A DNA stretch of 62,601 bases, counting the filler. It is 5 parts of 5 records of this genome, joined end to end, with 100 filler letters (N's around TTAATTAATTAA, not from the genome) between each part and the next. Parts side by side here need not be neighbours in the genome. Positions count along the whole stretch, not along the records: positions 16,433 to 31,033 come from DRR378314_1441; 4 more parts are not named here. One strand, written 5' to 3'. Within the stretch, counting starts at the first letter, position 1. The number at the start of each line of letters is the position of its first letter. Below, in pieces: positions 19,847-29,512 of the stretch. The translations under genes were made by a program, and so were the position numbers. The notes under the pieces were generated by a model. The model ran no database searches. It was not told the DNA's origin and saw only the letters and a list, made by a program, of their open reading frames with translations.

Positions 19847-20530
19847 TCAGTCCTCGAACAGCTCCGGCTGCTCCTCGTCCTCTCGCTCATCCTCGCTGTC
19901 GCCCTGACCGATCGGGAAGGCGCTCGGCGGTGGACGGTTCTCCAAGAGCCCGGCGGCGCGCAGCTCCTTCAGCCCCGGCAAATCGCGCGCGCTCTCCAGG
20001 CCAAAGTGATCGAGGAAGGTCGGTGTCACCACAAAGGTCACCGGCCGCCCTGGCGTCATCTTGCGCCGCCCCAGACGGATCCACTCCATCTCCAGAAGCT
20101 GGTCGATGGTGCCGCGCGACACCGACACGCCGCGGATTTCCTCTATCTCGGCCCGCGTCACCGGCTGATGATAGGCGATGATCGCCAGGGTCTCGATCGC
20201 CGCGCGCGACAGTTTGCGGCTCTCCACGGTTTCCTTCTGCATCAGATAGCCGAGATCCGGCGCCGTGCGCATCGCCCAGGCGTCGCCCACCTGCACCACC
20301 CGCACACCGCGTCCTTCGTAGCGCTTGCGCAGGTGTTCCAGCGCCTCTCCCGGGTTGCAGCCATGCGGCATGCGCGACACCAGATCGCGCACCGTCACCG
20401 GCTCGGCACTGGCAAAGAGCACCGCCTCCACCATGCGCTCCTGCTCCGCCATCGGCGGCGCGTCGAACAGGCTGTCGCTGTCCTGCTTCGCGGACGGCTC
20501 ATTGGGGCTGTGGGTCTGGTCGTCCATCAT
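19847..20530 (-). CDS. scpB: SMC-Scp complex subunit ScpB
   Basis: VEAVLFAS.EP, LSRAAIETLAIIAYHQPVTRAEIEEIRGV and FLDHFGL...DLP motifs. Confidence 0.96.
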   Translation of the reverse strand: MMDDQTHSPNEPSAKQDSDSLFDAPPMAEQERMVEAVLFASAEPVTVRDLVSRMPHGCNPGEALEHLRKRYEGRGVRVVQVGDAWAMRTAPDLGYLMQKETVESRKLSRAAIETLAIIAYHQPVTRAEIEEIRGVSVSRGTIDQLLEMEWIRLGRRKMTPGRPVTFVVTPTFLDHFGLESARDLPGLKELRAAGLLENRPPPSAFPIGQGDSEDEREDEEQPELFED

Positions 20531-21327
20531 ATATCCTCTGGCCGGTTGCGCAGCTGGATCGGGGCGAAGCTCTCGCTCTGGCGGATCTCCATCTTGCCCT
20601 CCTTCACCAGCTGCAGCGAGGCGGCGAATGTGGCGGCGGTGGCCGAGCGGCGCTTGACCGGATCACTGTGCCAGCCGTCTGGCAGATAGCTCAGCATATC
20701 GGTCCAGCTGCCGGTAAACCCCAGCAGGCTGCGCATACGTTCCAGCGCCTCTTCCATGGTGAAAACACTCTCGCGGTCCATCACGAAGGGGCGGAATTCA
20801 TCCTTGGTGCGGATGCGCGCGTAGCCTTGCATCAGGTCCAGAAGGTTCGCGGTATAGGTCACCGTCTTGATGCGCTGCACGTCCTCGGCCTGCCCGCGGG
20901 CAAAGAAGTCCCGTCCCAGCTGGTCGCGCCCCATCAGCCGCGCAGCGGCATCGCGCATCGCCTGCAGGCGCTCCAGCTGGAACGCCAGATGCGCCGCCAG
21001 TTCTTCGCCCGAGGGGCCTTCTTCTTCCGGGTCGGGGGGCAGCAGCAGGCGCGATTTCAGGAACGCCAGCCAGGCCGCCATCACCAGATAATCGGCGGCC
21101 AGCTCGATGCGCAGCTCCTTGGCCTTTTCCACGAAGGTCAGGTACTGGCGCGCGAGTTCGTAGACAGAGATCTGGCGCAGATCGACCTTCTGGGTGCGCG
21201 ACAGCGTCAGCAGCAGGTCCAGCGGCCCCTCAAAGCCCTGCACATCGACGATCAGCGCCTCGGCTTCGAGGCGTTCCTCGACCGAAATCTGCGTCTCATC
21301 CGGGAATAACGAGTCTTCGTCAGCCAT
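20527..21327 (-). CDS. scpA: Segregation and condensation protein A
   Basis: FEGPLDLLLTL, AADYLVMAAWLAFLKSRLLLP and Q.E.FAPI motifs. Confidence 0.96.
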   Translation of the reverse strand: MADEDSLFPDETQISVEERLEAEALIVDVQGFEGPLDLLLTLSRTQKVDLRQISVYELARQYLTFVEKAKELRIELAADYLVMAAWLAFLKSRLLLPPDPEEEGPSGEELAAHLAFQLERLQAMRDAAARLMGRDQLGRDFFARGQAEDVQRIKTVTYTANLLDLMQGYARIRTKDEFRPFVMDRESVFTMEEALERMRSLLGFTGSWTDMLSYLPDGWHSDPVKRRSATAATFAASLQLVKEGKMEIRQSESFAPIQLRNRPEDI

Positions 21328-22360
21328 ATACCTGTCCGCCCATGAGGGCAGATAGTTCCGCTTCAGCCGCATCCATGTCAAGCGCAGCAGGTTCCTGACG
21401 GCAGGCAAGTGCCGCCTCGGCGCGCCGATGGGCGGCATCCGTCATGCAGCCGGCAGCCTCAACAACGGCAGCGCGAGCCGCCAGCGAAGAGTTGCAGAAC
21501 AGCGCCACATCGCAGCCCGCATCGAGGGATGCCCTCGCAATTGCCCCAGCCGCCATATCTGGATCGTCTGGCTGCAAGCCGGACAGCTCAGGTGCCCATA
21601 AGGCCTTCATCGAAATATCATCGGTCATCACCAGACCGTCATAGCCCAGCTCCTGCCGGACCACCTGCATCATCACCGGCGACAGGGTCGCAGGACGCGG
21701 ATCAAAAGCGTCGTAGACCAGATGCGCGGTCATCGCCATCGGCAGATCCTTCAGCGGCGTGAAGGCGGCAAAATCCTCGGCCCGCAGCACCTCCGCCGGG
21801 GCAGTCACATGTGGCAGGTCGTGGTGACTGTCCATGCTGGAGCGGCCATGACCGGGTATGTGCTTCATCACCGGCACGACGCCGCCATCCAGATGCCCCG
21901 CCGCACAGGCGCGGGCAATCGCGGCCACGCTGGCGGCATCCGCCCCGTAACAGCGGTTGCGCAGAAAGGGATGCGTGTCAGCGCTGGCGATATCCGCCAG
22001 CGGCGCGCAATTGCTGTCGATGCCAAGTGCATGCAGCTCCGCCGCGATCAGCCGTGCCCGCAGATACATCGCCCGCACCGGGTCGGTGGCCGCCTGCACA
22101 TGGTCCAGCGCCGGACGCCACTCGCGCGCAAGCGGCGCGCGCAGCCGCTGCACCCGACCGCCTTCCTGATCGATGGTGATCAGACACTCATGCCCCGCCG
22201 CCTCACGGAAATCATCACAAAGCGCGCGGATCTGGTCGGCGCTGTCGATATTGCGGGCAAAGAGGATAAAGCCAAAAGGCGCAGCCTCGCGGAACAGCGC
22301 CTTTTCATCCGCCGTCAGGCGATGGCCTTCGGCGTCCAGAATGGTGGCCCCGAACCGCAT
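21320..22360 (-). CDS. nagZ: Beta-N-acetylhexosaminidase (GH3)
   Basis: GFILFARN, IDQEGGRVQRL, KHIPGHG..DSH and MTDDISM motifs. Confidence 0.93.
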   Translation of the reverse strand: MRFGATILDAEGHRLTADEKALFREAAPFGFILFARNIDSADQIRALCDDFREAAGHECLITIDQEGGRVQRLRAPLAREWRPALDHVQAATDPVRAMYLRARLIAAELHALGIDSNCAPLADIASADTHPFLRNRCYGADAASVAAIARACAAGHLDGGVVPVMKHIPGHGRSSMDSHHDLPHVTAPAEVLRAEDFAAFTPLKDLPMAMTAHLVYDAFDPRPATLSPVMMQVVRQELGYDGLVMTDDISMKALWAPELSGLQPDDPDMAAGAIARASLDAGCDVALFCNSSLAARAAVVEAAGCMTDAAHRRAEAALACRQEPAALDMDAAEAELSALMGGQVYG

Positions 22361-22364
22361 CGGC

Positions 22365-23681
22365 TCAGCGCATTGTCACAGGAATGCAATCGGCATTGCC
22401 CGCCACCAGGGCCGAGCAGAAGCGCCGCGCGTCCGACAAGTCCTCAAACCCGTGCGCGCGCAGGCGATAGAAGATCCGCCCACCGCTTTCGGCACGCTGT
22501 ACCACGCGCGCCTTGTCGTCAAAGAATTCACCAAAGTTGGCGCTGATCCGGGTCCACTCGCTGCGCGCCACCTCGGCACTTTCAAACGCGCCGAGCTGTG
22601 CCAGCCGCGTGCCAACAGCCAGGCTCTTGGGGTCAATATCAACGGTCCGCTGCTCTGGCTGTGCGGCGCTCTCGCTTGCGGCGGGCGCCGGGGCAAATCG
22701 CGCCGGACGAACCTGCGGCCGCGGTGTTTCGCGTACACCTGGGGCATTGCGGATCGCTGCAGGCACACGGGCGATCGCAACATCTGCGGTATCCAGCGGA
22801 TCCGGTTGCACGATGGAAGCGGAGGTTTCGCGCAGGTCTTCCAACGGCACCGCCCCGTCCGTCAGGGACGCCACCAGTGCGTCAATATCATTGTTGCGCT
22901 GCTCCAGCGGCGAAACATCTTCGATCTCTGCGCTTTGCAGTTCATCCTCGGCGACAGGCGCTCGCGCGTCTTCTGCGGCATATTCCGCCTCGAGCGCGGC
23001 CTCTTCCTCTGCCGCCTGGGTCAGTGCCGGGATCGGCTGGTCATCCTCAGTGAGGGCAATGGTCTCAGGCGCCAGCCGCAGGGTATCTGCCGGATCTTCG
23101 GCAATCCCGTTTGCGGCAACGGAATTGACTGCCAACCCCTGATTGTCCGCCGTCTCACCGCCCGGCTCCGCGGGCGCCACGCGCATCGGACCCGCAACGG
23201 CGCTGACCACCGGCACGCCGGAGACGTCGCGCATAATCAGTTTGTAGCCCCAGACGGAGATGCTCACCACAAGCGCGATGGAGGCCGCAGCGCCGAGAAA
23301 CGCCGCCATGCGCCCCAGCTCACCGCGAGAGGGTTGCGGGGCAAAGAGCTCTTCCTCATCACCACCAAACCCATCGCCATAGTCACCAACGTAGTCATAA
23401 CCCGCTTCCGGATAGGCGTCGGAGTTGGCGTAACTTCCGGCACCAGAGAACGTGCCGACATTGACGCTTGGTGACTGGTTCAGGCCAAAGGTCGGATAAG
23501 GTGATTCCGCCACGGGTTCCGCAGCTGCGATGGCGGCAGCCGCCATTTGCTCCTGCGCATGTTCCTGTGCCGGAGCGCGTGAGTATTGATGAGAGGAAAA
23601 CGGATCGAAGGCCGAGCCTCCGGTGTCACCATCGCCATTTGAAGAGGGAGCGCCCGCGCCCACCTGTGCAAAATATGCCAT
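22365..23681 (-). CDS. SPOR domain cell-division protein
   Basis: Single TM, acidic linker and a C-terminal SPOR domain (AQLGAF.S...A...W, FYRLRA.GF...A..FC..L). Conserved position between argS and nagZ. Confidence 0.88.
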   Translation of the reverse strand: MAYFAQVGAGAPSSNGDGDTGGSAFDPFSSHQYSRAPAQEHAQEQMAAAAIAAAEPVAESPYPTFGLNQSPSVNVGTFSGAGSYANSDAYPEAGYDYVGDYGDGFGGDEEELFAPQPSRGELGRMAAFLGAAASIALVVSISVWGYKLIMRDVSGVPVVSAVAGPMRVAPAEPGGETADNQGLAVNSVAANGIAEDPADTLRLAPETIALTEDDQPIPALTQAAEEEAALEAEYAAEDARAPVAEDELQSAEIEDVSPLEQRNNDIDALVASLTDGAVPLEDLRETSASIVQPDPLDTADVAIARVPAAIRNAPGVRETPRPQVRPARFAPAPAASESAAQPEQRTVDIDPKSLAVGTRLAQLGAFESAEVARSEWTRISANFGEFFDDKARVVQRAESGGRIFYRLRAHGFEDLSDARRFCSALVAGNADCIPVTMR

Positions 23682-23790
23682 ATCCGCCTCACTGCCCTAA
23701 GTCGCATTCGCCCCGCCACAATAGAAGGGCGGACGCATGCGCGTGGGTCTCTTGATCTGCCTCAGGCCAGCGGTTCGGGTGACTTTGGCG

Positions 23791-25533
23791 TCACATCTCC
23801 TGCGCTGGTTTGACTCCAAGAATACCAAGACCAGCAGAAATGACAATGGAAACAGAGCGGGCAAGTGCCAAATTAGCATGTGTTGCCGTTTGGCTGCTCT
23901 CATTAACAAATCGTAAACTCATTTCAGATTTGCCGAGGTGGTATAGCCCATGCAGGTCCGACGCCAGATCATAGAGGAAAAAGGCGATCCGGTGCGGCTC
24001 ATTGGTGCGTGCAGCAATCTCTACCTGACGCGGCCATTCGGCGATCTTCCGCGCAACCGACAGCTGTGCATCATGAGCAAGCGTACTCAAGTCGGCTGAT
24101 GCAAGCGTTGCGTCGTCGGTGGCGATGCCCGCCTCCGCTGCCTTGCGCAGGGTCGAATGGATGCGCGCGTTTGCATATTGTACGTAGAACACCGGATTGT
24201 CCTTGGACTGCTCCAGCGCCTTGTCGAGATCAAAGTCGAACCCCTGATCGTTCTTGCGCGTCAACAGCATGAAACGGGTCACATCCGCGCCCACTGCCTC
24301 GACCACGTCGCGCAGGGTGACAAAGGTCCCGGCCCGCTTGGACATCTTGAATTCCTGGCCGTCCTTGAACAGCTTCACCAGCTGGCAGAGCTTGATGTCC
24401 AGCGGAACCTGACCATCGGACAGGGCGGATACCGCTGCCTTCATCCGCTTGACATAGCCACCGTGGTCCGCACCAAAGATATCGATCAGCATGTCAAAGC
24501 CACGGCTGACCTTGTCGTAGTGATAGGCGATATCCGGCGCGAAATAGGTCCAGGCGCCATCGGATTTCTTCACCGGGCGATCAACGTCATCGCCATGTTC
24601 GGTGGATTTGAACAAGGTCTGCTCGCGGGGCTCCCAATCATCGGGTTTCTTGCCCTTCGGCGGCTCCAGCACGCCTTCGTAGATCAGCCCCTTCGCATCA
24701 AGGCTCTCCAGCGCGGTTTCGATCCGCCCAGTGCCATAGAGCGATTTTTCCGAATAGAAGACATCCATCTCAATACCCAGAAGCGCCAGATCGCCCCGGA
24801 TCAGATCCATCATCATCTCGGTGGCGGCGTTGCGGATTTCCTCCAGCCAGATTTCCTCGGGCTGGTCGATGAATTGCGCGCCGTATTTGTCCTTCAGCGC
24901 GGCCCCGACATCCTTCAGGTATTCACCGGGATAGGTGCCGTCAGGAAATTCCACCGTCTGACCATGCGCCTCGAGGTAACGCAGGTAGGCCGAGCGCGCC
25001 AGAACATCGACCTGCGCGCCGCCGTCGTTGATGTAATATTCACGGGTGACCTCATAGCCGGCGTAGTCCAGCAGGCTCGCCAGCGCGTCGCCGAACACCG
25101 CTCCCCGTGTATGGCCCACATGCAGCGGCCCGGTTGGGTTGGCAGAGACATACTCCACGTTGACCTTCTTGCCCTGCCCCAGATCGGAGCGGCCATAGGC
25201 CTCGCCACCCTTCAGCACCTTGCCTAGAACCTCCTGCCAGACCGATGCCTCGAGGCGCAGGTTCAAGAACCCCGGCCCGGCCACCTCGGCAGAGGCCACG
25301 CGCGTGTCCGCCCCCAGCTTTGCGGCCAGCGCCTCGGCAATGTCGCGGGGCTTCATCTTGGCAGGCTTTGCCAGAACCATCGCCGCATTGGTTGCCATAT
25401 CGCCATGCGCCGCATCTCGAGGAGGTTCCACCGCGACATTGGCAAAATCGAGCCCCTCAGGCAGGGTCCCTTCGGCCGTCATGGCCGCGAGGCTATCAAT
25501 CACAAGCGTACGGATATCGGTAAAGAGGTTCAT
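23791..25533 (-). CDS. argS: Arginine--tRNA ligase
   Basis: [44 protein letters not shown] and NPVFYVQYA motifs. Confidence 0.97.
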   Translation of the reverse strand: MNLFTDIRTLVIDSLAAMTAEGTLPEGLDFANVAVEPPRDAAHGDMATNAAMVLAKPAKMKPRDIAEALAAKLGADTRVASAEVAGPGFLNLRLEASVWQEVLGKVLKGGEAYGRSDLGQGKKVNVEYVSANPTGPLHVGHTRGAVFGDALASLLDYAGYEVTREYYINDGGAQVDVLARSAYLRYLEAHGQTVEFPDGTYPGEYLKDVGAALKDKYGAQFIDQPEEIWLEEIRNAATEMMMDLIRGDLALLGIEMDVFYSEKSLYGTGRIETALESLDAKGLIYEGVLEPPKGKKPDDWEPREQTLFKSTEHGDDVDRPVKKSDGAWTYFAPDIAYHYDKVSRGFDMLIDIFGADHGGYVKRMKAAVSALSDGQVPLDIKLCQLVKLFKDGQEFKMSKRAGTFVTLRDVVEAVGADVTRFMLLTRKNDQGFDFDLDKALEQSKDNPVFYVQYANARIHSTLRKAAEAGIATDDATLASADLSTLAHDAQLSVARKIAEWPRQVEIAARTNEPHRIAFFLYDLASDLHGLYHLGKSEMSLRFVNESSQTATHANLALARSVSIVISAGLGILGVKPAQEM

Positions 25534-25751
25534 GTCTGGCGTCCTTTGGTTCAGCCTCAGCGGATACCGAGGGGCGCGCTCAGGGTCAACAGTCGAAGCA
25601 GGCGCGCCCAGTGGCCACGCGCACACTCTGCGGCGCGACATCGCCCGATCTGCCCTCCTTAAAGGGGGGCACCACCAGCCCAATCCTGCTCCAAGTGAAC
25701 CACCGCGCGCGACGCAGAAGGGATTTAGACGCCGCGATACCAGCCCGCCCT

Positions 25752-25796
25752 TTCAGCTTTTTGCTAAATATCCCGGAGCGCGAGGCAGCGCCTCGC
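25752..25796 (+). repeat. Intergenic repeat, copy 1 (related to 48005-48060)
   Basis: TTCAGCTTTTTGCTAAATATCCCGG...GCGAGGCAGCGCCTCGC resembles the reverse complement of 48005-48060. Confidence 0.55.
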
Positions 25797-25820
25797 TTCC
25801 CCACACTGCAGCACGTGCCG

Positions 25821-26972
25821 TCAGTCTCGGTGGTCCCCCAGCGCCAACTGATCATAGAGCTGCAGCGCAAAGCGGTCGGTCATCCCGGCGATATAGTCCG
25901 ACACGATCCGCGCCCGCTCCACCTCTGTGGCAGCAGCACGGATGTCATCATGCCAGCGCTCCGGCATCGCCATCGTATTCTCCAGATAGTAGGTGAACAA
26001 CGCCTTCACCACATGTGCGACCCGCTCCCGCACCACCATCACTGATGGGGCACGATACATGCGGGTGAACAGGAACGCGCGCAGCTCTTTCAGCTGACGC
26101 CATATCTCATCCGAGAATGTCACGACCGAGTGGTCAAGCGCCCGGATCTCCTGCACCGACTGGGCGCCTGAGGCGGCCAGTTTCCGGCGCGCGGTGTCGA
26201 TCACATCACTGACCATCACGCCGAACACCCGGCGCAGCGCCTCGTGCCGACGGCGGCTCGCATCCAGCCCGGGGTATGTCTCGTCGACCTGCGCATAGGC
26301 GGGGCCGATCAGCGACAGGCCGCAAATATCGTCATCACTGAACAATCCCGCCCGCAGCCCGTCATGCAGGTCGTGATTGTTATAGGCCACATCATCCGCC
26401 AGCGCCGCCACCTGCGCCTCGGCGCTGGCGTAGGTGTGAAGCTCCAGATCAATCGCCTGATTGCAGGCTGCAAGCGCCCAGGGCAGATCCCCCACAACAG
26501 GCCCATTGTGTTTGGCGATCGCTTCCAGCGTTTCCCAGGTCAGGTTCAACCCGTCGAATTCGGCATAGTGCCTTTCCAGCGCCATCACGATCCGCAACGC
26601 CTGCGCATTGTGGTCAAAGCCGCCATAGGGCGCCATCATCTCGTGCAGCGCGTCTTCGCCGGTATGGCCAAAGGGCGTGTGACCGAGATCATGGGCCAGC
26701 GCCACCGCCTCTGTCAGTTCCTGATTGAGCCCCAGTGCACCGGAAATCGTCCGCCCCACCTGCGCCACCTCGATGGTATGTGTCAGCCGGGTGCGATAGT
26801 TGTCGCCTTCGTGTTCGACAAAGACCTGTGTCTTGTGCTTCAGCCGCCGAAAGGCGCTGGCATGGATGATCCGGTCACGGTCGCGCTGGAACGGCGAGCG
26901 AAAGCTGCTTTCTTCTTCGTCGACCTGACGCCCGCGTGAAAGCTCGGGCATGGTGGCATAGGGCGCGTACAT
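25821..26972 (-). CDS. dgt: Deoxyguanosinetriphosphate triphosphohydrolase
   Basis: FQRDRDRIIH..AFRRLKHKTQV, RTRLTHTIEV, LAHDLGHTPFGHTGE and DYIAGMTDRFA motifs. Confidence 0.95.
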   Translation of the reverse strand: MYAPYATMPELSRGRQVDEEESSFRSPFQRDRDRIIHASAFRRLKHKTQVFVEHEGDNYRTRLTHTIEVAQVGRTISGALGLNQELTEAVALAHDLGHTPFGHTGEDALHEMMAPYGGFDHNAQALRIVMALERHYAEFDGLNLTWETLEAIAKHNGPVVGDLPWALAACNQAIDLELHTYASAEAQVAALADDVAYNNHDLHDGLRAGLFSDDDICGLSLIGPAYAQVDETYPGLDASRRRHEALRRVFGVMVSDVIDTARRKLAASGAQSVQEIRALDHSVVTFSDEIWRQLKELRAFLFTRMYRAPSVMVVRERVAHVVKALFTYYLENTMAMPERWHDDIRAAATEVERARIVSDYIAGMTDRFALQLYDQLALGDHRD

Positions 26973-27059
26973 GGTTTATTCCTCGGGAAATCTTGTCGCC
27001 TCGCGCGCACCTTTCTATATTTGACTCAACGCTGCAACACGCCATCGGAGAAAACCAGT

Positions 27060-27383
27060 ATGCAACTGCCCCCAAAAGTGACGGATCGTGCCTTTGACCG
27101 GCTGGCCGAGATCGGGGCCGCCGACCAGGGCCAGGCCCTGCGCATCGCCGTAGAAGGCGGCGGCTGTTCCGGGTTCCAGTATGAAATCGCTCTGGACGCG
27201 CCCAAAGCAGAGGATCTGATCCTCGAAGGCAAAGGACAGAAAGTCGTTGTTGACGAGATTTCCCTGCCCTTTCTGGAGAATGCGGTGATCGACTTTACCG
27301 AAGAGCTGATCGGCGCGCGCTTCACCATCGAGAACCCCAATGCCACCTCCAGCTGTGGCTGCGGCACCTCTTTCTCCATGTGA
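27060..27383 (+). CDS. erpA: HesB/IscA-family Fe-S insertion protein
   Basis: LRIAVEGGGCSGFQY and NPNATSSCGCGTSFS motifs. GGAG RBS. Confidence 0.93.
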   Translation: MQLPPKVTDRAFDRLAEIGAADQGQALRIAVEGGGCSGFQYEIALDAPKAEDLILEGKGQKVVVDEISLPFLENAVIDFTEELIGARFTIENPNATSSCGCGTSFSM

Positions 27384-27389
27384 CACACT

Positions 27390-28373
27390 TCAACGTCCGG
27401 CGCGCCAGGCGCCGCGACGTTTTTCACAATGTGCCTGCGTTGCCCCTCGCGCCTGTGCTCGTCCCCGACGCCCTGCCACCTCTGCCACCAGCGTCACAGC
27501 CTGCGCAGGCGCGGCGCGCCGGATTTGTGACTGGTCCCACACCAGAAACACGCCAGAAGCCGCAACCACGGCCATGCCCAAATAGGTTGAAATCGCCGGC
27601 AGCTCACCAAAGGCCAGCACCCCGATCAATGTCATCCAGACGAATTGCAGATTGAGCAACGGTGTGACGGTGTAGGCTGGCAACTGACGCAGCGCCAACA
27701 CCAGCAGCCAGCGTGCCCCAAACAGAACCACGGCATAAGTACAGATCCAGCCCCAGTCGGCTGCCTCCATGGGCTGCCAGACGAATGGCAAACAGCACAG
27801 CATCACCACCCCCAAGGTCAGATTTGGGTAGAAGACCTGCGCCAGAATATTGCTGTCGTACCGGCTGATATAGCGCGCCATAATGATCGACAGCGTTCCG
27901 AAACTCACGCCAGCCAGCGCCAAGGCTGAACCGGTGGCACCGCCCACCTGCACGGTGGGCCGCATCACCAGAAGACCGACGCCCCCCAGACACAGCGCTA
28001 GCCAGACCGCAGGTCGGATCCGCTCCTTTAGGATCAGCCCCGACAGCAGCGCCGCCAAGAGCGGCATCAATGCGATGAAGACAAACACCTCGGCAAGCGC
28101 CAGATACCGGAAGGCAAAATAGAACGAGGTGCACGCCAGAACCGTCGCAACCGACCGCAGCATCATCGCCTTCACGCAGCGCGTGCTCAACCCGTCCGGG
28201 TGCCCCTGTACCCGGTTCACGCCAAGACAGAACGCCGCCACCAATAGCCCCGAGACCGCAAACAGCTGCGCCGGCGCGAACTCCGACGCCATCATTTTGG
28301 TGATCCCGTCCGCCGTGGCGATGAGGCCGGTATACACCAGCACTGCAACCACCCCTGCGGCAACAGGGCTCAT
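27390..28373 (-). CDS. DMT/EamA family transporter (third gene of the putative RiPP-like cassette)
   Basis: About 10 TM segments with DGITK, LAEVF..PLLAALLS..ILKERI and GVLAFGELP motifs. ATGA overlap with the upstream gene's stop. Confidence 0.9.
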   Translation of the reverse strand: MSPVAAGVVAVLVYTGLIATADGITKMMASEFAPAQLFAVSGLLVAAFCLGVNRVQGHPDGLSTRCVKAMMLRSVATVLACTSFYFAFRYLALAEVFVFIALMPLLAALLSGLILKERIRPAVWLALCLGGVGLLVMRPTVQVGGATGSALALAGVSFGTLSIIMARYISRYDSNILAQVFYPNLTLGVVMLCCLPFVWQPMEAADWGWICTYAVVLFGARWLLVLALRQLPAYTVTPLLNLQFVWMTLIGVLAFGELPAISTYLGMAVVAASGVFLVWDQSQIRRAAPAQAVTLVAEVAGRRGRAQARGATQAHCEKRRGAWRAGR

Positions 28374-29434
28374 GCGCCGCCAACTTGGCCGAATCGCGAG
28401 AATGTCTCGAAGAAGGGCTCAAAAACAGAGGTGCTGCTTTCGGCGCGGCACAGGATATCGACATCCTCAGAACTCAGGCTCTGCATCAATGGACGGCGCA
28501 TCCTGGCCCAGGTTCCGGGGGCATGATCCAACAATGTGTAAAGAGCCATAGACACTCCCCGCAACGCACCGGGGCGTGTTTGCCCCTCGATAACGACTGA
28601 CCCTTTGCAGTCTGCATCAGAAAACCCGCCGCGTCCAACCAGAAGTTGAAACCAATTGCACATCAGATAGGGATGGTAGTCGTCGTTTCCGACGCGTCCC
28701 TGCGCCGGCCGCAAGGTGAAGCTGCCAACTTGCTGGCTCAACCAGCTGCACCAGTCCCGCGGCGGCACCTCATCGCAGAAGGTCAGCGCAATACAGATCT
28801 CCGCCAGTAGGTCCGCGTCCTGATCCAGAAAGGCAACCAGCCCGGCGAACAGCAGGCTGCGGCGCTCTTCGCTCTCCAGACGGATCGGCGCCCGGCCATA
28901 TTCTGTCAGATAGAAAACCACATGCGTCAGCTCGTAGGCCGCCTTGCGGTTTGGCACCCCAAAACAGGCGCTTTGCCGCATGAAGCCCCGCAGTCTGTCG
29001 TCCAGCCCCTCGACACCGCGCAGCTCCACCCCGCGCCGTGCCAATAGGCGCCGTGCCTCGCCCCGCTGCAGGTCAGACAACTCACCACGAGCGATGTCCT
29101 GGTCGACAATCCAGCTCGCCATCGCCTCAGCCCGCTCACCCGGCAGGCCCAGATCCTCCAGATCGAGGCAGATCGATAGAATAAAACGATAATACTGACG
29201 GAAGAAATTGAGATGCCGCAGGCTACCTTCATAAAACGGAAGCAGCGGTTCCAAAGCGGCACATGAGGTTTTACAACCACTGGTTTCTAAAACACTCAAT
29301 AGCTCCGCATTTTCCTTCAACCACAACACATCCAGCCGATCTTTTCGAAACGAACCGAACGCCTCCAATAGACCCGAGATGCCGGAACCAACTCTCTGAG
29401 TACGGGCATTTGAAAATGATAAAACCTGACCCAT
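28370..29434 (-). CDS. Uncharacterised 354-aa protein, putative peptide-modifying enzyme
   Basis: Start set at ATG 29434 after a GAGGTG RBS. Motif-like segments WLKENAELL, YYRFILSICLDLEDLG, PNRKAAYELTHVVFYLTEYG, DADLLAEICIAL and DDYHPYL. The function is inferred only from gene context. Confidence 0.8.
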   Translation of the reverse strand: MGQVLSFSNARTQRVGSGISGLLEAFGSFRKDRLDVLWLKENAELLSVLETSGCKTSCAALEPLLPFYEGSLRHLNFFRQYYRFILSICLDLEDLGLPGERAEAMASWIVDQDIARGELSDLQRGEARRLLARRGVELRGVEGLDDRLRGFMRQSACFGVPNRKAAYELTHVVFYLTEYGRAPIRLESEERRSLLFAGLVAFLDQDADLLAEICIALTFCDEVPPRDWCSWLSQQVGSFTLRPAQGRVGNDDYHPYLMCNWFQLLVGRGGFSDADCKGSVVIEGQTRPGALRGVSMALYTLLDHAPGTWARMRRPLMQSLSSEDVDILCRAESSTSVFEPFFETFSRFGQVGGA

Positions 29435-29472
29435 CTGCGCCCACCTCTCTGGAATTGGTAGTTTGTGGTTTT

Positions 29473-29498
29473 CGTGATCCGGCACAGGCCGAATCACG
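29473..29498 (-). promoter_or_regulatory. mRNA stem-loop between the peptide gene and the putative enzyme gene
   Basis: Minus strand CGTGATTCGGC-ctgt-GCCGGATCACG: 11-bp stem, fully paired (one G-U) only on the coding strand, with no U tract. Confidence 0.6.
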
Positions 29499-29512
29499 CT
29501 ATCTCTCAGAGG

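Noticed and set aside
25821-26972. dGTPase (and dcd) as anti-phage nucleotide-depletion systems
   Set aside because: Both are housekeeping types in conserved core synteny with no defence-island context.
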